Origin: Octopus bimaculoides
Lineage: Eukaryota
DNA length: 64,000 nucleotides
Assembly: GCF_001194135.2 (NCBI RefSeq)
Contig: NC_068982.1
Location: 29,342,054 to 29,406,053 of the forward strand
Direction: 5' to 3'
Part shown: positions 12,961 through 25,853 of the stretch, piece after piece
Numbering within the stretch: position 1 is the first letter of the stretch
How the letters are laid out: the number at the start of each line of letters is the position of its first letter
The notes under the pieces: generated by a model
Told to the model about the DNA's origin: nothing
Databases searched by the model: none
What the model saw: only the letters and a program-made list of their open reading frames with translations
Position numbers and translations under genes: made by a program

Positions 12961-13459
12961 CTGCATACGTTTTATATTTGATAAAATACAACCCCTTTAT
13001 TCCTAAATATCAGAATCTAAACCCCTTAGCTCTTTCTTTACACAATTAATTCTCTATATGGTTTGAAGATAATTTAAAATTACTCTTTCACATCACTAGT
13101 TTTAGTAAGCAACCAAAGTATCTAAAACTAATCTGAAATATAGGATGCATTTCAATGGAATAAAACATATTTATTACATTTACAGTATTTTAAGCTTGAT
13201 TGAGCTCAACAGCTAAAAGCAAATGATTGTTATGGATATCATAGGTAAGCAACTGAATAAATAACAGAATGTAAATTTGCAGTTGTATGTATTTATGTAT
13301 GTGTGTGTGTGTGTGTGTGTGTGTCCTTTAAGTTCGTTTATGGGAAGTATTTTGGATACGCATTTAAAAGTTCCTATTCTATTATGCTGGCAAGAGCCTA
13401 ATGATACCAAATGGTGATACTACTGAGCTGTGCTGATATAATGCAGGATAAATATAGGA

Positions 13460-13506
<47 letters not shown>

Positions 13507-14198
13507 CATATTATCTCTGGCTGCCCAGTCCTGGCTAAGAAGGAATATATTCACAGACACGACAGAGCTGGGACCTATATACACTGGAAGCTATGCCAAC
13601 ACTATGGAATAACAACAGAAAAAAGATGGTATAAACACACGCCAGAAAAGGTCACAGAAAACGAGAAAGCAACCATACTCTGGGATATGCCAATACACAC
13701 AGATAGAGAAATTAAGGCAAATAGACCAGATATAGTTGTCAAAGATCATGAAGAAAAAAATGCTTTCTAATTGATGTATCAATACCAGNNNNNNNNNNNN
13801 NNNNNNNNNNNNNNNNNNNNNNNNNNNNNNNNNNNNNNNNNNNNNNNNNNNNNNNNNNNNNNNNNNNNNNNNNNNNNNNNNNNNNNNNNNNNNNNNNNNN
13901 NNNNNNNNNNNNNNNNNNNNNNNNNNNNNNNNNNNNNNNNNNNNNNNNNNNNNNNNNNNNNNNNNNNNNNNNNNNNNNNNNNNNNNNNNNNNNNNNNNNN
14001 NNNNNNNNNNNNNNNNNNNNNNNNNNNNNNNNNNNNNNNNNNNNNNNNNNNNNNNNNNNACTGCACACATCCTACGCAAAACACTTTCAATACAATAACC
14101 ATAAGAGCATCACAGCAAACCACAGCACATACCCAAGGCACACAGAGTAGCGCTCGGTAGTGAAGTGAAAGCACGTTATAAAAATAAAACTACTGAAC
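13507..14198 (+). mobile_element. 5'-truncated R4/Dong-type non-LTR retrotransposon (restriction-like endonuclease end) inside (AAT)n
   Basis: HIISGC (zinc-knuckle remnant), RHD, ILWDMPIHTDREIKANRPDIVV, then (frameshift) CFLIDVSIP. After the N gap comes the C-terminus TAHILRKTLSIQ* (14060-14098) and a short 3' UTR. (AAT)n flanks both sides (13461-13506, 14199-14261). Confidence 0.88.
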
Positions 14199-14261
<63 letters not shown>

Positions 14262-15132
14262 CTTTGGATGGAATTTATAAATATTTTTGATGCATCGCAA
14301 CGTGCATTATATATATATGAACATACCACAATGTGTCCTCTCTCTCTCACACTAACCCTTGATATTTTCCCCTTCCTCCTCTCTCTCCTTCATGCCCATC
14401 TCTTACTTGTCCATCTCTTCTTTGTCCATCTCCTCCATCTCTGTCTCCCCTACCTCAACCTTATTCCGTCTGTTATTCTTACAGTTACCACCATCTCGCA
14501 ATAAATCTGCTTCTTTTCAATTTGGGGTACTTTCTTTCACTTTGCAAAGGTACAAGGTACCTCCGATAATGCTGGTGCCACAAAAAGCATTCAATACATG
14601 CTAAATGTTTGGTAATCGACCAGAGCAGAGAACAATACAGGGTTTAAAAAAAGCTCTTTAGTTTTGCTGATGGAAAGGCAACCTCTATGGTGCTTGTGCC
14701 ATGAAAAAACATGCCTAATACAGTCTTTAAAGTGGTTAGTACTACGTAGGGTATCCAACCATAGAAACCATATCAAAAAGGAAATGTTTGAGAAAGACAT
14801 TGTCTACTGAACTGTTGAATCTTGTTGAATCATCCTACTTATGCCAGCATGGAAAGCTGATGTAAAATGATGAGGATGATGATGAAGATGATGATGATGC
14901 ATCATGCCTGTTTTGTTCACTGCTCTCACAATACTTACTCACTGCTTCCTTACCTTTTACACCATTTTCTTTCATTGCCCTTTCCCCCACAGCTTCTCTC
15001 ATCCTTGTTACCTCAACACCTCTTCCCATCTACCCCTCATCCTTTGACCACCCCTTCACAACCCTCACACTTCTCTTTCTTAAAAAAAAAACTCTCTCCA
15101 GATTCTTCTTCACCCTAATCTATTGTTCATGG

Positions 15133-15390
15133 AAGTGCATGGCTTAATGGTTAGGGTGTTGGACTCATGATCACAAGATTGAGGTTTCAATCCCTGGACT
15201 GGGTGACGCATTGTATTCTTGAGCAAAACACTTCATTTCACATTGCTCTAGTCCACTCAGTTGGCAAAAATGAGTTATCCTGCAATGGACTGGCATCTGT
15301 CCAGGTGGGGAATTTATATGCCATGGAAAACCAGGTAACCGGCTCTTATGAGACAACATGATTTGAGAAGGTAACTTTACCTTTTTAATC
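15133..15390 (+). mobile_element. tRNA-derived SINE 'family B' (CORE-like ttcttgagcaaaacactt)
   Basis: gcatggcttaatggttagggtgttggactcatgatcacaagattgaggtttcaatccc... Related copies at ~7229-7470, 22435-22690 and 39225-39544. Confidence 0.7.
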
Positions 15391-15544
15391 TATTGCTCCC
15401 CTTCTGTCCATTTCCCTTCAGACCTTCTATCCATACTCACCCTTATAATGGAGGATAGCTCTGGAATTCCCTGTCGCCCCTCAACACAAATCAACTTTTT
15501 GACTCTGTTTTCTCCTTTTCTCAGTAACCCCTATTTTACTCTTT

Positions 15545-15950
15545 TACTCTTTTACTTGTTTCAGTCATTTGACAGTGGCCATACTGAGCACCGCCTTTAG
15601 TCGAGAAAATCGACCCCAGGACTTATTCTTTTGTAAGCCTAGTACTTATTCTATCGGTTGCTTTTGCTGAACCGCTAAGTTACGGGGACATAAACACACC
15701 AGCATCGGTTGTCAAGCGATGTTGGGGGGGGAGGGGACAAACACAGATACACAAACACACACACATGTATATATACATATATATATCTATATGATGGGCT
15801 TCTTTCAGTTTCCATCTACCAAATCCACTCACAAGGCTTTGGTCGGCCTGAGGCTATAGTAGAAGACACTTGCCGAAGGTGCCACTCAGTGGGACTGAAC
15901 CCGAAACCATGTGGTTGGTAAGCAAGCTACTTACCACACAGCCACTCCTG
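15545..15950 (-). mobile_element. Family A SINE, reverse orientation
   Basis: High similarity to the reverse complement of 58146-58535. Confidence 0.85.
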
Positions 15951-16412
15951 TGCCTTTGTTAACAATCCCTTCTTGTTCCTCTTTCCCTACCATATTTATT
16001 GCCCTCCAATGATTGACTACTCTCCTCTTCTGTTAGACTCTTCCCTACAAATCTAACACAACTACAAATCTGTTCCTGTTATCTTACCCTCCCTCACCCA
16101 CCCCCTACAATCATTGCACATTCTGTCTTCTATTTCGTCTCAGTTATAGGGGGATACATTATGTCCCTAGCCTTGCAAGGCTATATTCACTAGGGCTGGT
16201 GTTATGCAATAAAACACTCACTATGCTCTGTAAAGTGGTTGGCATTAGGAAGGACATCCAATCATAAAAGCCATACCAAAGTAAACACTGGAGCATTGAA
16301 GCAGTCCTCTAAATCATCAGTTTCTGTTTGGACTGGCCAATCCATGCCAGTATGGAAGATAGATTTTAAATGATTATAATGATGATGATGATGATGATAA
16401 TAATGGTGGTGG

Positions 16413-16799
16413 AGTGGAGGTGCAATGGCCCAGTGGTTAGGGCAGCGGACTCGCGGTCATAGGATCACGGTTTCGATTCCCAGACCGGGCGTTGTGAGTG
16501 TTTATTGAGCGAAAACACCTAAAGCTCCACGAGGCTCTGGCAGGGGATGGTGGTGAACCCTGAGGTACTCTTTCACCACAACTTTCTCTCACTCTTACTC
16601 CCTGTTTCCGTTGTGCCTGTAATTCAAAGGGTCAGCCTTGTCACACTGTGTCACGCTGAATATCCCCCGAGAACTACATTAAGGGTACACGTGTCTGTGG
16701 AGTGCTCAGCCACTTGCATGTTAATTTCACGAGCAGGCTGTTCCGTTGATCGGATCAACTGGAACCCTCGACGTCGTAAGCGACGGAGTGCCAACAGCA
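16413..16799 (+). mobile_element. Full-length tRNA-Arg-like SINE with a 14-bp TSD
   Basis: Head ggaggtgcaatggcccagtggttagggcagcggac-TCG-cggtc...ggtttcgattccc has A and B boxes and a TCG anticodon-like triplet. TSD aataatggtggtgg at 16399-16412 and 16800-16813. Confidence 0.85.
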
Positions 16800-17433
16800 A
16801 ATAATGGTGGTGGTGGTGGTGGTGATGTTGGTTACTGGTTACACCTGGCATTTTTTTTTTAGCTTAAGAACTTATAAACTGTTAATGACAGCTTATATAA
16901 AAGCTAAAAAATAAATGAATAAAAAAATAAAAAATAAAAAAATAAAATAAAAAGAACAAAACAAAACGAAAAACTATTTGAATTGGAAAATGTAAGTGTA
17001 ATAAGATTATTATGGGAAGCTTTTTTGATTATCTTTACTGATGCATTCAGTCTCAAAGAGACGTGAAACCTCATTTAAAAGGATATATATCTCATTTATT
17101 CTTTTGCTTCAGTAAATTATCTATTCATATACTTAAGGGCATGTTACAACATCCAGTGTGTGAACCAAGTTTCACTTTATTCGCTACTTATTTTTACACA
17201 CCAACTCATTTTAGACCAAAAAAAAAAGAAAAAGAAAAAAAAAGGTAAAGAAGAAATGTGCTAGCATCATTCATTCATTCTTTCATTCATTCATTCATTC
17301 ATTCATAACCCAATAAGTATTTTCATACTATGAATGTAAAGCTTATATTTGTATTATCTCTTATATAGATTCAATCTTTGGTTGATTTTCTTTGCCATTA
17401 CTTTATATGTTATCATATGAGTGTATCTTACAA

Positions 17434-17468
<35 letters not shown>

Positions 17469-18674
17469 AAAGAAACTTATTTAAATTTTTTTTCTGGCTA
17501 ATGGTTTCACCAAAGAAAACCAGCAGACAAAATAGTATTATATATATATATATATATATAAAAAAGAAGTAAAAGCATTATTTCAACTCAGCCTGATTCT
17601 TAGACTTGCTGGCAACCAATCATTTAGGTTCAGTTTGTAGATTACCATTCTAAAGAGTTTTCCATCAATTTTTCAAGAAACAACTGATGAAAGAAACAAT
17701 TCTTTTGACTTCCAAAGGGGTGAAAATCAAATTAGACATATTTAATATCTAATAGACAAAGGAAAAACAATAAGAAAAGGAAAAAAGAAGATATGTAAGC
17801 ATCTGATACTCTCAATGACTTCAGTAATATTCATAACAAAGCTATGTGGAATCAGGCTGGCTGAGATATTAGACTACTGGCTCATTTGTCATGAGTTTAA
17901 AATCTACATGCTTTGTTTCTCTTATTGTGCTTCTGAGCATAATACTTTTTATTCTATATGACCTCAGTTTGCCTAGAGTAGGTAAACTGTTGTAAATAGG
18001 TATCAGGTCATAAGGAAATCTTATCTATTGTCCTTGCTAAGGCTGTTTAGCTCAGATCAACCTTCATCAAGTAGAACTATGACCGAAAGTAATTTCTGAT
18101 ATGGTAATTGCAAAGAAAATATCTGAAACTATGTTATGAAATATGTTCTTTCCTTTTAAAGATGGTTTGGTACACTTTCAGTGAAATTGAGTTGTTATTT
18201 TTAGCACATTAAGTGACTACATAGAAACCTCATATTTGGTGCAGGCATAGCTGTGTGAAGCTAAAAAGTTTGCTTCCCAAGCATGTGGTTTTAAGTTCAG
18301 TCCTACTGTGCAGTAAATTCAGCAGCTGTGTTTTATTATAGAATTGAACTGAATGAAGACAATTAGAGGTTAAATTAGCATCATTAAGGGATAGTAATAT
18401 CCAATGAATTACTGGTTCATTACCTAATATTTGTTGTGAATAATAATATTCATAAAATAATAGGTCTAAATATAAACCATGGTTTATAAATCATTCTTAA
18501 GAAAATTAAGAAAATGGAGATATAGCATTTAATAAAAATTTGTTATCTGCGAAAAATCTAACATATTCACTTACAGCTGTTTCAATTAAGCCTAAAAATT
18601 AAAATAGCAATTATCAAATCATTATATTAGGCATGATTCGAAAACACAATAACTAATAATGTAACACACACACA

Positions 18675-18734
<60 letters not shown>

Positions 18735-19646
18735 NNNNNNNNNNNNNNNNNNNNNNNNNNNNNNNNNNNNNNNNNNNNNNNNNNNNNNNNNNNNNNNNNN
18801 NNNNNNNNNNNNNNNNNNNNNNNNNNNNNNNNNNNNNNNNNNNNNNNNNNNNNNNNNNNNNNNNNNNNNNNNNNNNNNNNNNNNNNNNNNNNNNNNNNNN
18901 NNNNNNNNNNNNNNNNNNNNNNNNNNNNNNNNNNNNNNNNNNNNNNNNNNNNNNNNNNNNNNNNNNNNNNNNNNNNNNNNNNNNNNNNNNNNNNNNNNNN
19001 NNNNNNNNNNNNNNNNNNNNNNNNNNNNNNNNNNATATATATATATATATATCTATATATATATTCACACACACATACACACACACACACACACACATAA
19101 AGGTTACTTTCAGTCTGGTTAGTAAAGCAAATAGTGGTAAGAAATCTAGAAAAACAACAAGGCCATGAGAGAGTGTTATGGAGATATTGAAAGCATCAAG
19201 TCACATAACTATGTATATTCTTAAGTCAACAGGTTGCTGCTGCTAGACCCAGGCTACCACTGATCAAGCAGACTTATGATTAAAAGCATTCCAGTCCCCT
19301 CTTACCTTTTTTGTATATCAAGGCCTATATTACTGAGTGTATTCTTTTATTTTTAAAGAAGGTGAGATGTAATTTAAAGGTTATTTTTTTGCTATTTTTA
19401 GCAGTTTGCATCACCATGTAAAATCCCAGTCTTGACGACTTGAATTTATCAGTTATTTCAGAAGGATCTATCAATAGAAATATCATTGCAAAATAGCAGA
19501 AGGGCAAAGGAAATGCATTACAAAAGGGAAATGATATAAGCATGTTAAACTGAATAATCATCTCTTAAAAGTAATTGAGAGAGTTTTGGCAAAATATTTG
19601 ACATTTATGGAGAAAGTAATGCGGCAATGAATCTTTCAAAGTATAC

Positions 19647-19727
19647 CTTCTTGATTTTCCTAATTTCCTCATTTTCCTCGGCCAATCGGTGATTTGACAA
19701 CTTTCTTTCAGCCTTGTATTTTAGGAG
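19647..19727 (-). CDS. RasGRF: RasGRF coding exon (81 nt, 27 aa) immediately upstream of the IQ exon
   Basis: tgtatctttgcag|CTC CTA AAA...ATC AAG AAG|gtatac gives LLKYKAERKLSNHRLAEENEEIRKIKK. It joins in frame to VQSFFRG and matches the RASGRF junction ...DIKKIKK-VQSF. Not in the ORF track; found by reading the minus strand. Confidence 0.88.
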
Positions 19728-21479
19728 CTGCAAAGATACAATGACATATAATATCAATAATGATAAACCAGAAAGTTTAATGTGTTGCTAAAAGATTACA
19801 AATTACCATATGTTTCAGCATACAAATCAAATTTTTCAGATAAAAAGGGGTAGGTCAACTTATACAGCAAGACAACTTTGAAGGATCAAAAATTCCATGT
19901 GAAATGCAGCAGGATATGGAAAGATAGTGATGGTACATTTATGCTTATGCTACATTTACCCTATCTACTCTGTCAACTTGTATGCCAGAAAATACAGTAA
20001 AAATTCAGTTAAATACAAACAATCAAACCTTGACATTATTTAAGCAGGCTTGATATAAAGCAGTCTAATTGCTCTGTGTAATACAATGAAGTTAAATTCT
20101 AAATATGTCTTCATGATATGAAATGATTAACACATGATATAAAATAACATCATAGGAGAAAATGGTTTGTAGTGGAATCGTTGTACAAAAGTGGCTCAAA
20201 CATTGATATTTAGTATCTAATTAAAGCTCAATGTTCTATTATGTTTTCTGACAGTTTGTTTTTTGAAAATAATGCATCAAATAATAGGAGAAAAAAAGAA
20301 AAAAAAGCAGAAAAATCTGAAATGTAAGAGGAGACTCATCTAATTTAGTTCTTATCAATCATAAAATACTAAAATCCAACTGAATCATGTAAATTGTTTT
20401 GTTACATTGTAGCAGACTTATACAACTATATGGTTTCTAATTCAATTTAGTTCTTATCAATCATAAAATACCAAAATCCAACTAAGAATGAAAATCAATT
20501 TGTTACTTTAACATTCTTACAAGTATAGTAGAGATTCTAAGAGATTCTAATCATATTCTCATAATCAGTAGCACATTAACAATATAAGACTTCAAATATT
20601 CTTCAGAATAAAGAAAGAAAAAAAATCTTATCAATTGCTTACCTTTCTACAAAAGACACATTTTCTTATTCTTATTTATTTATTTATTTATTTATCGTAT
20701 CTAAGAAGTTTCCTTCTCATGTTTATAATGTACTCTATTTTTTAAATTGTTAATTGCATTCAGCTTAGTCTAAAAATTTATTTTAAAAAAATATATCAAA
20801 TAAAACAATTACAAGTTGCCAATACATTGAGTGAAATAATTTTCTAAACCAGTTCTTTGTTTTCTATAACCATTGAGAACATTTCCCCCAAAACCCACTT
20901 TATTGTCCTCATTAAGTTCCTAGCAACATTTGCACTAATTCTACATCAAACGTATGCATAGTCCTTTTCACCTGGAATTTGCATTGCAACCAGTAAAAAC
21001 AAACAGATAGAATTACTAATGTGCTAATTTCTCATAACATTTGCCATAAAAATTTGAACTGAATTGTGCAAAGAAAGACCATCCTAACTGTCCCTTAAAC
21101 TTTTTTCCCCCTTACTACCTGACAGATTCTCTTGTGATTGTTAGTGGTAAAATATTCAATAGGTAGTAAAAGAAAATAATACATATGTGGTCATTTTTTA
21201 AGAAAAATACTAAAATCTAAAACTCAGAATATTCATAAAACAATGTCAAAGCAATACCACACAAAACTTTACAAACAACAAAAACTATATTATATGAATA
21301 ACTTCTTTGGGATTGATGTGTTTGTCTTATTTCTTTACAATACATCAAACTGTGACCTGATATTTGTCACTGATGTTCTTAAAGGAATTTCTATATTCAT
21401 AACAGCTGAGTACTATTTCTTACCATTAAAGCTGAAAATTAAGATTCACATAAACAGTTAGAAGCAAATACTATAAGAA

Positions 21480-21870
21480 TTGTTGAGCTGTATTATCAAA
21501 TGTCAGTGATTTAGTCCAACTAGATTACAAATTGAGTACATTCTTTAATTCTTTCAATAAATTTGGCAAATTGATTATTGCAATCCTTTCACATAGCATA
21601 TCGTTTGACAGTGGACTTTTTCTTATTTGTTTACATAGGTATTTCCGGGAATAATTTCTGTAATATACCTGCCATTGGCAGCACAGATTCTTTACCAATT
21701 GTGTAGAGTTCCTTGGCTTTCATAATTAAATATGTGGTTTTGTATGATGCTCTTAAGTATTTTCTTGAACCACTGCATGTTTTCCAGAAAGCTGTTTTTA
21801 TATTTTCAAAGACTTCTGTAATTTTTTCCAAAAAAAATATTAGAAAAGATTTTGTTTGCAGAAGAAGCAT
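21480..21870 (-). mobile_element. hAT (Charlie/Buster, ZBED5/SCAND3-like) transposase fossil
   Basis: Across frameshifts: LRASYKTTYLIMKAKELYTIGKESVLP / PLSNDMLCERI / FIERIKECTQFVI*LD*ITDI. These match the family motifs ASY..A..IAK.KKP.TIGE.LILP, PLSN.TV.RRI and F.LQLDESTD. Confidence 0.75.
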
Positions 21871-23074
21871 GGCTGGTATTATTATGTCTTTTAGATTTTA
21901 GATTTAGAAGGCTTCATGCTTGGAATCCAAAGAAAAAGTCACAAAGAAAAAAGAAGTTACAAGAAGACTTCAGCAAATGATTGATTTAATATTATTTTGT
22001 CACATATGTGCATTGCCATTTTATAAATTTATCTTGTCATTGTGTTACAACTCATGTTTTCTCAGTTAATAATTGATTTGAAATATTATTTGTTTAATTA
22101 CTTTGACTTTTATTTATGGTATTTAAATGAAATATGACATTTTTTTTCTGTGACTCTCTTTCCCTTCACCAAAACATTCATTTGCCCAATGCTCATTATA
22201 AATTTAACTGACTGAATGGTTATCTTCAGACCAAAAAATAAAAACAGAATTCATATGGTTTAAAAGTTCATTATATTTTCTCGTTTACATGCAAGATTGT
22301 TCAGGTTCTACAGTTTTATTCACTTAAAGGGCTACCTTTGTCATTTAATGTGTCACTTTCACTTTGTCAAACTTTAGCTGATTACTGACAACAGTAGGGG
22401 AATATTTTGGTTTTCTTTCAGAAATTAAAAAGATGCATGGTCTAGTGGCTAGGGCGTTGCGCTCAGAATTGTAAGATCATAGTTTCTATCCCTGAATCAA
22501 GCAGTGCATCATGTCTTTGAGCAAAGCACTTAAATTTATGTAGCTCCAGTGCACTAAGTGTGTAAATGGATTTCAGCAACAGCTGGGAAGTTAACCTTGC
22601 AATGGACTGGTGTCCTGTCCAGGGTGGAATGTCATGATCTCTGGCCTTATGAGTTCCAGAGCTCATGACTGACCAATGTCTAAGCTGATAGTGCAATACA
22701 GCCAGCTTCTTTCTTATTTGGAATATTTTTGGTGCCATTTAAATTTATTTTTCTGTTATTGTTGTTCTTAAGTATTCTGGAATTTGAACCTATAAAAAAA
22801 TATGCTTATAGGAATATTTTTGTTATTTTCTCTCATAAACAGACCCCTGTAAGTTTACTCCTTTTTCTAGAAAGTGCAGTCAGATCTCTCAGTAGTAAGT
22901 ACTCCTTTCCAATAGCAATGCAAAAATAGTCAAAGAAAAATTGCATAAACAATTTGATATACAATCATACACCTTTATCTCAAACAACACAAAATTAACA
23001 CTAATAATTCAACCATCTGCAACAACAACAAGACTAACAAGGAAACGAACAGCAATAATACTGAAATGAACAGC

Positions 23075-23109
<35 letters not shown>

Positions 23110-23323
23110 CGACAACTACAACAGCTGGAAAAATATTTCTAATTGAATTCAAAAATACCCCCAACGACAGTTTGGCTTTAGTACACATATGATGAAGGGC
23201 TGTTTTTTGTGTTACTTGTCCTGTTTTCTATTTGTTTCTCTCATTGTTTGCGTATTGAACTTATTTGTTTTCGTATTTCATGTTGTTTACTGTTGGTGAC
23301 GTTCTGTACCCATATATGCATGT

Positions 23324-23398
<75 letters not shown>

Positions 23399-24295
23399 TG
23401 TGTATAAAATGTATCTTGTAAAAAGCACTAAGACCACTCTGCTGAGTGGTTGGTGTTAGGAAGGGCATCCAGCTGTAAAAAAATCCTACCAAAACAGTCA
23501 CAGAAGTCTGGTGAAGGCTTTGGCCTGGCCGGCTCTTGTGGTACCGTCCCACCCATGCTAGTACGGAACACGGACGTTAAATGATGATGATCATCATTAT
23601 GTTTGACAATTCAGATAACGGTTGTAAACATGCATCATAGTAACACCATTCCCCAAAACCACTTCCTTCTTTTAAATTGTTAATACATGACTGAATGCAT
23701 GACGGAGTATCGAGCGTCATGAGACGTATTACCAAATATGCAACCAATCATTATAAAATCATGAATTCATGTGTGATGGCAATTAGGTGTTGATGTTTCT
23801 CTATGTAAAATGCAAGTGGGAGGGGGGGGGAATGAAAATAGCGCAACAACAGTACATTGGTAATCCATCTAATTGTCATTCGCCTCTTCTTGTCATTCAG
23901 TTGTCATTTCATACTGACATTTTATTTTGTGGACAAATTTTTTCCTGTTTACATTTCATAAGCACACATACACACACAAACTTATATGTATACATAAATG
24001 TATTTGATTCATAAATGCCGCATATTAAATATTTAATAGATGAATGTAAATAAAATGCTCTAATAGACAAAGTAAACGGATTTTAGTATTTTCCATTAAA
24101 GTTCTGCAGCTTCAAGTAATCTTTACACTACCCTTTAAAAACTATGGTATGTTGGTCTATTAATTCCACAGATAACTTTCAAGACATGTATTCATTTAAT
24201 CATTTATTCATTTACTTATTTAAACAGCACACGCTGAAACAAAATCCCAGTGTGAATAGTTAAAATTGTACGTGCATGCATGCATGCGCGTGTGT

Positions 24296-24335
<40 letters not shown>

Positions 24336-24813
24336 GTGAGAAGACCCGGCAAGCCAAGTGAGATCGTTGCCAGTGCCTCTGGACTGGCTTTGTGCGGGTG
24401 GCACATAAAAGACACCATTTCGAGCGTGGCCGTTGCCAGTACCGCGTGACTGGCCTTCGTGTGGGTGACACGTAAAAGCACCCACTACACTCTCTGAGTG
24501 GTTGGCGTTATAGGAAGGGCATCCAGCTGTAGAAACTCTGCCAAATTAGATTGGAGCCTGGTGTAGCCATCTGGTTCACCAGTCCTCAGTCAAATTGTCC
24601 AACCCATGCTAGCATGGAAAGCGGATGTTAAACAATGATGATGATGATGATGATGATACATGAAGATGTGTATTAATGCATATAGGTGTGGGCATGGCTG
24701 TGTGGTTGGAATTTTGCTTCCCAACACAAGGTTCCAGGTTCAGTTCCACTATAACTTCGGGCCAACCAAAGCCTTGTGAGTGGATTTGGTAGATGGAAAC
24801 TGAAGGAAAATCA

Positions 24814-24872
<59 letters not shown>

Positions 24873-25783
24873 CAAATATATAAGTAAAGTTATACTCCAC
24901 TTGTGTTCTTGTATATACATGTGTGTGTGTGTGTGTGTCTGTGTGTGTGTGTGTGTGTGTGTGCATGCGTGTGTCCTTCATGACTTCTTGACAACTTGTG
25001 CTGGTGTATTTAATCCCTGTAGCTTAGCAGTTCAGCAAAAGATCCAATAGAATATGCACCAAGCTTTAAAAAAATTAAAACATAACAAGTACTGGGTTCA
25101 TTTTTCTCAACTAAAATTCTTCAAAGTGGTGTCCCAACATGGCCTCAATCCACCGACAGAAACAAGTTAGAAATAAAAGATAATGTCCATTATTGAAAAC
25201 ACCTTCAGGTTTATAAAAATGAAGGAAAAATTTAAATCAATTAAAGGTAGAATTGATCACAAAATCTGCATAATTAAAAGCACTGAAACAGTTGGCTTCA
25301 ACTTCAAGGCTCAAATATACTTAAGGCTTACATAGTTGGCAATTTTTCATAAATATATTGACCAATATTGTATTATGTTGGTTCCATGCCAAAGAATACA
25401 GTTACTTTGTTGACTGTATTCAAGGAAGTTCTTTCTATTTGTGGAAGAAGCCTGTTTTTCAAACTTCTTTAGAAAAAAAAAAGACCTATTATTAAGATTG
25501 TTCAAATGAAGCTACAAAAGTCACTGATCTTCAGAATAAATGTTTACTTGGAAATGGTATAGATTTACTTTTTAATGCAAGTGACTCTTATCTTTATGTA
25601 TTCCCAATGTAATTTGTATCAAAGACTCAATACTTTTTCTGCAATGATGAATCCTAAAGAAACTTGATACTAGTTTTTGATTTTTTCCTACATCTATATG
25701 AGTCATTCTGTTATAAATGAATACATACATGCATGTACACACACACACAAAGACATATGTGTGTGCATCTGTATGTGTGTGTG

Positions 25784-25853
<70 letters not shown>

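Larger units (their letters stand above)
6928..19646 (-). other. RasGRF: RasGRF intron (~12.7 kb, GT-AG, phase 0)
   Basis: The flanking exons are directly contiguous in the protein, so no constitutive exon is needed between them. Confidence 0.85.
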
